Of a stretch of DNA of 64,000 nucleotides, positions 11,136 through 20,292 are shown piece by piece. The stretch is from an uncultured Gammaproteobacteria bacterium (lineage in GTDB: Bacteria; Patescibacteriota; Microgenomatia; UBA10105; UBA927): the NCBI GenBank assembly GCA_964527425.1, contig CAZGOA010000001.1:20842-84841 (forward strand), written 5' to 3'. A program made the position numbers and the translations under genes. The notes below the pieces were generated by a model, which saw only the letters and a list, made by a program, of their open reading frames with translations, did not search any database and was not told the origin of the DNA. Every line of letters starts with the position of its first letter. Position 1 is the first letter of the stretch.

Positions 11136-11138
11136 AGA

Positions 11139-12266
11139 TTATAACTCTCCTCTACCAACTTGTTCTAATATATCCAATGTTTTTTTTGCTGCACTATCCC
11201 AGCTAAATAAATCTACTCGTTCAAGACCAATTTCTATTCTTCTTCTTCCAGCTGGCGTTTGTTTTTCAAGTAACGCCTTTTTTATTCCTGCAGCAATATC
11301 TTCTGTATCTTCTGGCTTAATCATCACTCCTGCATCACCAGCTATTTCAGGTAAACTTGACACATTACTCACGACAATAGGAATTCCATAAGCCATAGCC
11401 TCTAGAACTGGCAAACCAAATCCTTCATATAAACTAGGTAATACAAAACATGCTCCTTGCTTGTACAGCTCAGGAAGATGTTCATCTGGCACAAAATCAA
11501 GGAATTTGACAGAGGATTCAACATTATTTTTTTTAGGTGAATCTAATATTTCTTCATATAACCAACCCTTTTTTCCTACTATGACTAACTCATATTCTTT
11601 AAAATCAGGCAATTGTTTTATCAGAGAGAATGCTTCAATAAGTTTGCTAAAATTTTTTCGCGGCTGAAGTGTTCCTACAGAAAGAATATATGGTTTATGA
11701 AGATTATAAACTTCTTGAACTGAATATTTTTTTATTGTGGTAGTCATACGAAACCCCGGATATGTAACAACTATACGAGATGATGGAATATTATATGCTT
11801 TAATTATAGCATTGCGGCTGAATTCACTTATAGTGAATACAGCTTTTGCTCGTTTTACGCTATATTCTGTCCAGTGTACAAGTTGATACAAATCCTTTTT
11901 TTTAAATAATCCCGGATACTCAAGATATGACATATCCATAATCGACATCACGCGAGGAATAGTAAGAAAACGAGGAATATAATGCGTCGGAGAAAATATG
12001 ACATCTGGTTTTTGAGGAGATTTCATTATTCCCATGGGCAAGCCAATAAACGTCCACAAAGAACGGGGTTTTAAAATAATATATTTCCACCAAGATGTTT
12101 CTAATGGCAAATCTTCAAGAGGATTTGTAGGAAGATATACTGTTACGTTGGATGTCTGATTTTTTTTCATTAAATCATAAAGACCATTAAGTGTCTCATA
12201 GGCATAAGAACCTATGCCTACTCGATTACGCACATTCGCTTCATAACCATCTATTGCAATATTCAT
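11139..12266 (-). CDS. GT4 glycosyltransferase (MtfB-like)
   Basis: MNIAIDG, VGTLQPRKN, PSLYEGFGLPVLEAMAYG, SSLPEIAGDA. Confidence 0.92.
   Translation of the reverse strand: MNIAIDGYEANVRNRVGIGSYAYETLNGLYDLMKKNQTSNVTVYLPTNPLEDLPLETSWWKYIILKPRSLWTFIGLPMGIMKSPQKPDVIFSPTHYIPRFLTIPRVMSIMDMSYLEYPGLFKKKDLYQLVHWTEYSVKRAKAVFTISEFSRNAIIKAYNIPSSRIVVTYPGFRMTTTIKKYSVQEVYNLHKPYILSVGTLQPRKNFSKLIEAFSLIKQLPDFKEYELVIVGKKGWLYEEILDSPKKNNVESSVKFLDFVPDEHLPELYKQGACFVLPSLYEGFGLPVLEAMAYGIPIVVSNVSSLPEIAGDAGVMIKPEDTEDIAAGIKKALLEKQTPAGRRRIEIGLERVDLFSWDSAAKKTLDILEQVGRGEL
11803..11811 (-). promoter_or_regulatory. Intragenic extended -10 promoter (TGCTATAAT) inside the GT4 gene, with an adjacent inverted repeat
   Basis: Minus strand reads TGCTATAAT, a perfect TGnTATAAT. 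ATTCACT-TAT-AGTGAAT lies at 11822-11838. An in-frame ATG at 11747 is preceded by CCGGGG-TTTCGT. Confidence 0.45.
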
Positions 12267-12850
12267 ACAGTAAACCCAGGATATATAACCTTTAATTTAT
12301 CGATTGAAACTCCAAATATTGTATTCATATCTCTTTTTGTCGCCTCAGAATCACATAAAAATATTCCACATTCATCAATTGCCCGATTCAATCTTCGTTT
12401 TTGTGTAGAAACAATATCTGCTTTATATATAAATGACCAAGGGTTAAATGAAATTCTTTGAGCTGTTTCATAAGGGTGTTTATAGACTATTAAATCATGA
12501 ATAGTTGTTATTCCTTTTGCAGTTTTCAGTGGTGGCTGACTCCAATCACTACTCCAGAATATATCTATATTTCCTATAAGTCGCTCTATAGAGAGAATAT
12601 GCAACCTATTCCAAAGAATGTCGAGTAACAATGGAGGAAACGGAAATAATCGCAACTGAATATTCTTATGAGTTTTTTGAAGTGTAGTTACATAATCCTT
12701 AATACGTTTTTGTTGTCTTAATGAACTTCCAAATAAGATATATTCATTTGTAGTATCTATCTTAATAAGTGCTGCAACTAACTCTTCAACATATCTTGCA
12801 ACACCAGTTCCGTTGTATACAATTTGACTAATATCTATACCAATTTTCAT
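12263..12850 (-). CDS. Stand-alone GT4 N-terminal (acceptor-binding) domain; lacks the C-terminal nucleotide-sugar domain
   Basis: MKIGIDISQ..TGVARY, TTIHDL, DSEATKRD; ends at VIYPGFTV with TGA overlapping the next ATG; no EGFGLP motif. Confidence 0.8.
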   Translation of the reverse strand: MKIGIDISQIVYNGTGVARYVEELVAALIKIDTTNEYILFGSSLRQQKRIKDYVTTLQKTHKNIQLRLFPFPPLLLDILWNRLHILSIERLIGNIDIFWSSDWSQPPLKTAKGITTIHDLIVYKHPYETAQRISFNPWSFIYKADIVSTQKRRLNRAIDECGIFLCDSEATKRDMNTIFGVSIDKLKVIYPGFTV

Positions 12851-12857
12851 ACTATTA

Positions 12858-13850
12858 CTAACTACTATAGCCATTAGGATGACTCTTATGCCATTTAAGA
12901 GCAGAAGAAATAATTGAGGGTAATTCTGAATGAGTTGGTTTCCATCCTAAATCTTTCATTATTTTCTGAGGATCGGCTACTAAAATATTCGGATCTCCAG
13001 CCCTTCTTTGCGATTCTATTACTGCAAAATCACTTCCGGTTTGTTTTTTAACTTCTGCAATTACTTCTCTATTGGTAACGCCTAAACCTGTTCCTATATT
13101 GTAGACATCAGATGCATGACCGTTTACTAACGCATCCAGCGCTAATAGATGAGCATCACACAAATCATCTAAATGAATATAATCTCTTTCACATGAACCA
13201 TCCCGTGTTTCATAGTCTGTTCCATATAAAGAGAATGTCTCTCTATATCCTAAAGCAGTTTTAATAGCCAGTGGAATCATATGAGGTTCGGGATCATGAT
13301 CTTCTCCATTTTCACCATCTTGCGAGGCACCTGAGGCATTAAAATACCGTAAAGCAATTGACTTAAATACATTCCTTCTATCATAAATATTTAACATTTG
13401 CTCCATACATAGTTTAGATAAGCCATAGGGAGATTCAGGGTTTTTTATATGGTCCTCAGGTATAGGTACTTTGGTTGGAATTCCATACACTGCCGCCGTT
13501 GATGAAAAAATCATATACTTCGTACCAAATGCTTCCATAGTTTCAAGTAAAGCAAGTGGTTCAATTAAATTATTGTTAAAATATTTAACAGGATTACGTA
13601 CAGATTCTTCTACTGATAAATACGCTGCAAAATGTATTACACCTTCAAATCGGTTTTTTTCAAAGAGACTTGTAAGTAGATCTTTATCTCCTGTAGAACC
13701 TTTTACGAAGTTAATCTCATTAGGAATTGAATCTTTATGTCCATGTTCTAGCGTATCAAGAACGGTTATAGTACTTTCAGAACGCTTTGCAAGCATTCTG
13801 ACCATGTGACTACCAATATATCCAGCTCCACCAGTAATTAATAGATTCAT
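12858..13850 (-). CDS. galE: UDP-glucose 4-epimerase
   Basis: TGGAGYIGSH, HFAA..VEES, FSSTAAVYG, YGLSK, LRYFNASGA, DGSCERDYIH, RRAGDP. Confidence 0.92.
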   Translation of the reverse strand: MNLLITGGAGYIGSHMVRMLAKRSESTITVLDTLEHGHKDSIPNEINFVKGSTGDKDLLTSLFEKNRFEGVIHFAAYLSVEESVRNPVKYFNNNLIEPLALLETMEAFGTKYMIFSSTAAVYGIPTKVPIPEDHIKNPESPYGLSKLCMEQMLNIYDRRNVFKSIALRYFNASGASQDGENGEDHDPEPHMIPLAIKTALGYRETFSLYGTDYETRDGSCERDYIHLDDLCDAHLLALDALVNGHASDVYNIGTGLGVTNREVIAEVKKQTGSDFAVIESQRRAGDPNILVADPQKIMKDLGWKPTHSELPSIISSALKWHKSHPNGYSS

Positions 13851-13856
13851 ACATTT

Positions 13857-13885
13857 ATTCTACCCTAAACCCAATAGAATATGAA
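13857..13885 (-). promoter_or_regulatory. Putative leaderless promoter of galE
   Basis: TTCATA-17 nt-TAGAAT-6 nt-ATG(13850); no SD. Confidence 0.55.
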
Positions 13886-13897
13886 TTGTTAAAGTAA

Positions 13898-14122
13898 TTA
13901 TTGTTTTTTATTAATCAGTGACACTATTACTGATATAAACATAAAAAAAGCCCCATACATTACCAGCCGCTGTGCAGTAAAAAAAATCCATTGTGAGTAT
14001 AGGGGTATTGCAACAAAAAAACAGCACAAACCGGCTGCTACAAATAACCTTCTTCTGCCTAACCATAAAAGAAGAAATAAGACCATAACAAAAATAACAT
14101 CTTGAATCTTAATATCCATCAT
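13898..14122 (-). CDS. Small hydrophobic membrane protein (about 3 TM), unknown function
   Basis: 74 aa; fills the gap 3 nt after the upstream stop; three hydrophobic segments; WIFFTAQRL. Confidence 0.7.
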   Translation of the reverse strand: MMDIKIQDVIFVMVLFLLLWLGRRRLFVAAGLCCFFVAIPLYSQWIFFTAQRLVMYGAFFMFISVIVSLINKKQ

Positions 14123-14125
14123 TGT

Positions 14126-15076
14126 CTATGTTGACTGCAGTTTTTTGTAGTAATCGATAGTCAATTCCAAACCTTCATCAATAGATACTTGAGGTTTCCA
14201 CCCCAATGACGAAGATACTTTATGAATATCAGGCTTTCTTTTTTGAGGATCATCTTCTGGGAGTGTGTGTGACTGAATACCAGAAGATGATTGTGTTAAT
14301 TCTATTATTTTTTGAGCTAAATTATTCATTGTGTATTCTTCGGGATTTCCAAGGTTATACACTTCACCAGAAGATCCATCAAACATTACTGAAATTATCC
14401 CAGAAACTAAATCAGATACATAACAAAATGATCTTGTTTGCTCTCCATTTCCATACATCGTAATAGGCTGGTTATTAATTGCTTGATTAATAAAATTAGA
14501 AATTACTCGACCATCTGTAGGTCTCATTCTTGGACCGTACGTATTAAAAATTCTAATGATTCGAGTATCTATGTTATATGTTCTTTTATAGAGCATAGTT
14601 ATCATTTCTCCAAAACGTTTTGCTTCATCATAACAAGCTCTCACTCCAATAGGATTTACATTTCCCCAATAGTCTTCAACTTGAGGGTGTACCAATGGAT
14701 CACCATAAATTTCTGAGGTAGAAGCGAATAAGAAACGAGCGTTATGTTGACGAGCAGTCTGCAGTAAATATCTTGTGCCTTGTGTATTAACTAAGGCTGT
14801 TTCCTCTGGTAATTGTTGGTAGTCTATAACTGATGCTGGAGATGCTAAATGAAATATATAATCAGCTTCTATTGTGGAAGGAAGCGGTTGGCTTACATCA
14901 TATTCTAAAAATAAAAAATACGGATTTGTAAGCGCAGATTCTATATTCGTTTTTGAACCAGTACTAAGATTATCTATACAAATTACCCTCAAACCCCTTT
15001 CTAATAAGACATCACATAAATGTGAACCTATAAAACCTGCACCACCTGTAACTATTGCTGACTCTTGTTTACCCAT
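14126..15076 (-). CDS. UDP-glucuronate decarboxylase (UDP-xylose synthase)
   Basis: TGGAGFIGSHLCD, FHLASPAS, ASTSEIYGDP, YWGNVNPIGVRACYDEAKR, RIFNTYGPRM, DDPQKRKPDI; start taken at ATG 15076. Confidence 0.9.
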   Translation of the reverse strand: MGKQESAIVTGGAGFIGSHLCDVLLERGLRVICIDNLSTGSKTNIESALTNPYFLFLEYDVSQPLPSTIEADYIFHLASPASVIDYQQLPEETALVNTQGTRYLLQTARQHNARFLFASTSEIYGDPLVHPQVEDYWGNVNPIGVRACYDEAKRFGEMITMLYKRTYNIDTRIIRIFNTYGPRMRPTDGRVISNFINQAINNQPITMYGNGEQTRSFCYVSDLVSGIISVMFDGSSGEVYNLGNPEEYTMNNLAQKIIELTQSSSGIQSHTLPEDDPQKRKPDIHKVSSSLGWKPQVSIDEGLELTIDYYKKLQST

Positions 15077-15109
15077 AGTGATATGTATTATAACCTTGGT
15101 AGTATCTTT
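15077..15109. promoter_or_regulatory. 33-bp bidirectional promoter region between divergent genes
   Basis: Minus strand: TATAAT (15087-15092) 10 nt before ATG 15076. Plus strand: TATTAT (15086-15091) and TGgTAGTAT (15097-15105) before ATG 15110. Confidence 0.5.
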
Positions 15110-16141
15110 ATGAAAACAACACAAAAAATAGGTATTTCAATTATAGGTGCAGGATATTGGGGACCAAACCTTATCAGGAATTTCAGTTTAGTTCCCCACG
15201 CAAGTGTTCGCTATGTATGTGATTTAGATAAAAGCAAATTGCAACAAATTAAAACTCTTTACCCTACCATTGAAACAACTGCGCAAATTTCAGATGTACT
15301 TAAAGATCAATATACTCAAGCAATTATTATTGCTACCCCTGTAAGAACCCATTATTCCTTGGCTAAAAAGGCACTTGAAGCTGGAAAACACGTATTAGTT
15401 GAAAAACCGATGACATCTTCTATAGAAGATGCCGAAGATCTAATCAACATTGCAAAGAAAAAAGGATGCATATTAGCAGTTGATCATACATTTATTTATA
15501 ACCCTGCTGTTGTGAAGATGAAACATATTATCAAAAAAAAGGAATTGGGGGATTTATTTTACTTTGATTCAGTGAGAGCCAACTTAGGATTGTTTCAAAA
15601 CGATACTAATGTGTTGTGGGATTTAGCTACGCATGATCTATCTATTATGGATTATCTGCTCGATGAAGAACCGGTAGAAATTTCGGCAATAGGTTCATGT
15701 CACATTAAGAAAGGAATCTATAATATCGTTTATGTTACTGTAAAATATCCGAATAATTTACTCGGCCATATTCATGTAAATTGGGTAGCCCCAGTTAAAT
15801 TAAGACAAACTATTGTTTCCGGTTATCATAAAATGATTGCGTACAATGATTTAGAACCTGTAGAAAAAATTAAAGTATATGACAGAAGCATTACGTATAA
15901 AGTAAATCCTGCTGATGAATCATTATACAAATATCAATATCGAGTCGGAGACATTCATTCACCAAGAGTTGATAATGTTGAAGCATTATATAACTTAGCT
16001 GAACATTTTGTCTCATGTATAAAACATAAAAAACAACCGATTACTGATGGTATTTCGGGATTACGTATAGTAAAACTATTAACAGCTGCACAACAATCAC
16101 TGGATTCAAACGGAAGTGTTGTTCTGTTTAACGCTATATAA
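15110..16141 (+). CDS. Gfo/Idh/MocA NAD-dependent oxidoreductase (nucleotide-sugar 3-dehydrogenase-like)
   Basis: IGAGYWGPNLIRNF, HVLVEKPM, WDLATHD; start taken at ATG 15110. Confidence 0.88.
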   Translation: MKTTQKIGISIIGAGYWGPNLIRNFSLVPHASVRYVCDLDKSKLQQIKTLYPTIETTAQISDVLKDQYTQAIIIATPVRTHYSLAKKALEAGKHVLVEKPMTSSIEDAEDLINIAKKKGCILAVDHTFIYNPAVVKMKHIIKKKELGDLFYFDSVRANLGLFQNDTNVLWDLATHDLSIMDYLLDEEPVEISAIGSCHIKKGIYNIVYVTVKYPNNLLGHIHVNWVAPVKLRQTIVSGYHKMIAYNDLEPVEKIKVYDRSITYKVNPADESLYKYQYRVGDIHSPRVDNVEALYNLAEHFVSCIKHKKQPITDGISGLRIVKLLTAAQQSLDSNGSVVLFNAI

Positions 16142-16145
16142 TTAT

Positions 16146-17252
16146 ATGAATGTACCTTTTGCAGATTTATCACGAATGCATAATCCGATTCGAAAAAAAT
16201 TGGATAAAGCATGGAAAGATGTAGTAGATGCGAATAATTACATTCTTGGAGATCAAGTAGAACAATTTGAACATAAATTTGCTTCTTTTTCTGGAAGTAA
16301 ATATGGCATAGGAGTAGCAAACGGAACAGATGCACTACAACTTGCACTTTTATCACTTGGCATTCAAAAAGGAGATGAAGTTATTATTCCATCTCATACA
16401 TTTATATCAACAGCTCTAGCAGTAAGTTATGCTGGCGCAACCCCTGTATTTGCAGAAATAGAAGAAGACACCTATCTGTTAGATCCAACAAAAATTGAAG
16501 AAAAAATAACTAAAAAAACAAAGGCTATTCTACCAGTATCCTTATATGGACAACCGGTTGATTTATCATCCATACAACAAATTACAAAGAAACATAAACT
16601 AGGATTACTCATTGATGATTGTCAGGCACACGGTGCTACATATAAAGGTAAACCAATGGGTGAATATGGAGATGCTCAAGCATATTCCTTTTATCCAGGT
16701 AAAAACTTAGGAGCGTTTGGAGATGCTGGGTTACTAACAACAAACAATAAAACTATTGAAAAACATGTAAGACTACTTCGCAACATTGGAAGAACAGGCT
16801 GGTATGATCATCCAATTAAAGGATACAACAGTAGACTTGACACTCTTCAAGCCAATATTTTATTAACTAAACTTAAGTATCTTAATAAATGGAATACCGA
16901 TCGTCAAAAAACAGCAGAAATATACAATAAACTACTCCAAGAGTTTCCAATTACGCTCCCAGTCGCAAAACCAGATCGTACCCATATTTATCATCTTTAT
17001 ATAATCAGAACAAAGAGAAGAAAAGAATTTATAAACCATATGTTAAAACATGATGTTCATGTTTCTATTCACTATCCTATTCCAATTCATAAACAAAAAG
17101 CATATAAAGAATTACCAAGCGTTCACCTTCCGATTACAGAAAAAGTTGCCAATGAAGTTGTTTCTCTTCCTCTATTTCCTGGCATTACAATGACGGAACA
17201 AGAATATGTTGCAGATAAAATATCGTTATTCTTTAAAAAATTAACTAAATAG
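16146..17252 (+). CDS. DegT/DnrJ/EryC1/StrS PLP aminotransferase (C3-type, WbpE/FdtB-like)
   Basis: GVANGTDAL, DDCQAHGA, SFYPGKNLGAFGDAG (catalytic Lys present), GYNSRLD; start taken at ATG 16146. Confidence 0.9.
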   Translation: MNVPFADLSRMHNPIRKKLDKAWKDVVDANNYILGDQVEQFEHKFASFSGSKYGIGVANGTDALQLALLSLGIQKGDEVIIPSHTFISTALAVSYAGATPVFAEIEEDTYLLDPTKIEEKITKKTKAILPVSLYGQPVDLSSIQQITKKHKLGLLIDDCQAHGATYKGKPMGEYGDAQAYSFYPGKNLGAFGDAGLLTTNNKTIEKHVRLLRNIGRTGWYDHPIKGYNSRLDTLQANILLTKLKYLNKWNTDRQKTAEIYNKLLQEFPITLPVAKPDRTHIYHLYIIRTKRRKEFINHMLKHDVHVSIHYPIPIHKQKAYKELPSVHLPITEKVANEVVSLPLFPGITMTEQEYVADKISLFFKKLTK

Positions 17253-18410
17253 CTTCAAAATCGTTTTAATATCTTTCATTGTCATATCTGGATTATTACC
17301 AAAATACAAACCCTGTTCATGAATCATATTTGCATTAGGATAAGTAGATTTACTTTTTTTGGAGTATTTTTTCATAAATGGTTGAAGGGTCATATCACCA
17401 CCCACAATTGGTCTTATTTCTAAAACACCTTCGCATTTTTTAACTAATTCATCTCGAATCTTCTGAGATTTACAGATTATTGGGACTGCAAAGTTAGATA
17501 ATGTATCTAAATGTGTAAATTTTATAGGGTAAAACCTATCAGATTGCAGGTATAATGTCGAAAAATGATGGAAATTTTCTTCTCTTTTCTTCACTATCTC
17601 ATCTAAGTACGGTAATTGTAATTGTCCGGTAAAACCAGTAATTTCTGTAGGACGAAGATTATATCCTAAATCATAAAAAGTATACCTAGAATAGAATGTC
17701 GAGTTTACTTTAAATTTTCTTCGTATTTCTTCTTGTTTATGAAAAGAAAGATTTCTATCCCATCCATGAGCACGTACTAAATGGAGCATCGTTGCAAGTG
17801 TTTCATCATCAGTACAAATCGCTCCACCTTCAATTGTGGACATATGATGTCCTACATAAAAAGAGAATGTACTAGCTAAACTGTAATTTCCTAATTTTTT
17901 CCCTTTATATACGCTACCTAATGATTCACAATTATCTTCTATTAAGATAATTTTTCTTTTTTTACATATTGCTTCAATTTCATCAATATCATCGCAAAAT
18001 CCTAATAAATTAGTGACAAAAAGTACCTTTAATGACGTTTTTTTTAGTACTGCTAATAAAGTTTTTGAAGATATATTTAATGTATCTACTTCCACATCGA
18101 TTGGCACTGGATTTAATCCTAATTGAATTATTGGCATTACATTTGTAGACCAGGTAACTGCAGAAAATCCGACTTTGTCCCCAACTTTAATCTTTCTTAG
18201 ATTTAACAATGCTTGAATGATTGCTAAATTTGCAGAACTTCCACTATTTACTAAAACGCAATGTTTTCTTTGCTGCCAAGAGGCAAATTGCGATTCAAAT
18301 GTTTTACATTCCGGTCCAAAACTTAATTGCTTGGCGTTAAGAACAAATTGTGACAGTTTTTTTTGCGTTTCTTTTTCTTGATAAAAAGTAGATTTGATGA
18401 GTGGAATCAT
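17241..18410 (-). CDS. colD: GDP-4-keto-6-deoxy-D-mannose 3-dehydratase (ColD-like)
   Basis: NSGSSANL, EDNCESLG, SFYVGHHMSTIEGG (His replaces the Schiff-base Lys), RAHGW, GYNLRP. Confidence 0.78.
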   Translation of the reverse strand: MIPLIKSTFYQEKETQKKLSQFVLNAKQLSFGPECKTFESQFASWQQRKHCVLVNSGSSANLAIIQALLNLRKIKVGDKVGFSAVTWSTNVMPIIQLGLNPVPIDVEVDTLNISSKTLLAVLKKTSLKVLFVTNLLGFCDDIDEIEAICKKRKIILIEDNCESLGSVYKGKKLGNYSLASTFSFYVGHHMSTIEGGAICTDDETLATMLHLVRAHGWDRNLSFHKQEEIRRKFKVNSTFYSRYTFYDLGYNLRPTEITGFTGQLQLPYLDEIVKKREENFHHFSTLYLQSDRFYPIKFTHLDTLSNFAVPIICKSQKIRDELVKKCEGVLEIRPIVGGDMTLQPFMKKYSKKSKSTYPNANMIHEQGLYFGNNPDMTMKDIKTILKLFS

Positions 18411-18429
18411 AAATTAATAGTGATATATA

Positions 18430-20292
18430 TCATGTGCGCACAGATACATCAAATATTATTATTTCTTTATCCTCATATACAATAGGAAATTTCTCTTTAA
18501 ACAATGGCAAAGACTCTATGTATGAATAATTATCTTTAGGCTTCAAGGGGAATAAGACATATTGAATATTGTTGTGTTGAAATATTTCCCTATTATCAAT
18601 AGCAGTTTCATTGAACAAGATTGGTACTTCTTTTGTTCTATCAGGTTGTCCAAAATTTCTAAAAAATCCCCAATAGTTTCTGCGTCCTGCTAATGATACT
18701 GGGTCAAAAATATCAGCATATGAAATGAATGTAGATTTCGGAGGCGTACTATCGTGTATCCATTGAATTAACTCGTTTTTACCTGAATATGGAATTCTGT
18801 ACATAAAATCATTTTTTATAACCATAAAATCAATAAAACCTGATGGGATATATAATATAAAACCAATGATACTAATGACCTTAAAGATACGACTTTTCGT
18901 CCATAGTACTGCCAAACCATGTGATGAGACTATTGCAAATAAAATTAAAAAAAGGTTCAAAAATTTTTGATCAAGTTCTGATCCCATCAATATTTTTAAA
19001 CCATAAGCTCCTAGAACTAAAAATAAAAAAGGTAACAGTAATAATTTTTCTGATTTTCTTAAGAAATATATTCCAACTGGAACAGTAATTAAAGCAATTC
19101 CATAATTAACAAAAAATCTATAAAAAACACTAAATTCAGAAGAAAATTTTAGAGAATTTATAGTTGAGATATCTGTTGAAACTGAAGAATACGTAATGTT
19201 CATAATCCATGGTAATAATTCTATTAATCCAATAAAGCTGGAGAGCAATATAAATAAAGACAACGATTGCCATTTTCTGTAAAGTAAATATATTAATCCA
19301 ATTGAATATCCAAATGCTAATGTTAATAAGACATGCCAGTATGGCATTAAACCAATAGATATACCGGCCAATATCGACATTCGTGTTACTGACTGTTTAT
19401 TCTTTAAACTTAGAATCACACATATAAAAAGCATTAAACCAAAAGCCAGTGGAAAAGCTAAATGACGTTGATTCACATACACATTTAAAGTGTGATAAAT
19501 ACTTATAGCAGAACCGTCATACGGTGCTGCAAACATATATGTTGGAATATTCCAAAGTGCAGATAAAGAAATAGAATACTTCTGTAAATAAAACCACCAT
19601 GTTAATGTACTATGACTTAAGACAAATATAACTGCGACTAGCCCAACTATTTTTTTTGATCGCATCAAAATAATTGGAAAATAATAAACAATCATCAATA
19701 AAAGTGTAAATGAGATTATACTAGTAATATTCAACGCATAACCTATTGATAAACCCAGTCGTTCGATAAATCCAGTCCAATAATAAAAAAAGAAATGATA
19801 TATATCTACTGCTCCAGACACGAACGGAGACAAATACGGCACATTATCACCCCAAGAAAAACTACGAATAATTGAGATATTATGACCGAAATCAAATACA
19901 AGATTACTGGCTACCACCAAAGCTTCATCCTGGGTGCGAAACGTTTTATGCATAATATATGAAGAAATAACTAATAATAGAAATAAAACGAGATAGTCGA
20001 AATGGGGAGTAAATATAGCTCGTATAGAAATAGTTTTTTTATGTTTTAGAAAAAACACATAACTTGAAAGAAGAGCTATGCTAATAAACATACCATATGT
20101 AATTTTTAAATTATTCTGTGAAAGAATATCGATTATATAGAGACAAGGAACACTAAAAAATATTCCAAACATTAAAGAAATAAGTGTTTGAAATAGAGTA
20201 TTATTACTCCTAATCTTTACAATTTCTACAATTGCTCTGCCGATGCAATATTGAGTAAAAAAAAGTAGTAAACCCAATAAAATATTAGTCAT
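18430..20292 (-). CDS. Polytopic membrane protein, putative GT-C glycosyltransferase
   Basis: Many TM segments; DFGHNISIIRSFSWGDNVP..P..SG..YHFF loop, QRH; soluble C-terminal domain. Confidence 0.65.
   Translation of the reverse strand: MTNILLGLLLFFTQYCIGRAIVEIVKIRSNNTLFQTLISLMFGIFFSVPCLYIIDILSQNNLKITYGMFISIALLSSYVFFLKHKKTISIRAIFTPHFDYLVLFLLLVISSYIMHKTFRTQDEALVVASNLVFDFGHNISIIRSFSWGDNVPYLSPFVSGAVDIYHFFFYYWTGFIERLGLSIGYALNITSIISFTLLLMIVYYFPIILMRSKKIVGLVAVIFVLSHSTLTWWFYLQKYSISLSALWNIPTYMFAAPYDGSAISIYHTLNVYVNQRHLAFPLAFGLMLFICVILSLKNKQSVTRMSILAGISIGLMPYWHVLLTLAFGYSIGLIYLLYRKWQSLSLFILLSSFIGLIELLPWIMNITYSSVSTDISTINSLKFSSEFSVFYRFFVNYGIALITVPVGIYFLRKSEKLLLLPFLFLVLGAYGLKILMGSELDQKFLNLFLILFAIVSSHGLAVLWTKSRIFKVISIIGFILYIPSGFIDFMVIKNDFMYRIPYSGKNELIQWIHDSTPPKSTFISYADIFDPVSLAGRRNYWGFFRNFGQPDRTKEVPILFNETAIDNREIFQHNNIQYVLFPLKPKDNYSYIESLPLFKEKFPIVYEDKEIIIFDVSVRT

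Noticed and set aside
12263-12850. Simple frameshift pseudogene of a GT4
   Set aside because: No C-terminal remnant follows in another frame. The stop falls at the domain linker and is coupled to the next ATG. Kept as a CDS, though truncation by a clean deletion is not excluded.
15065-15124. Head-to-head overlap of the UXS and oxidoreductase ORFs as given in the track
   Set aside because: Artefact of longest-ORF calling; the family-consistent starts are 15076 (minus) and 15110 (plus).
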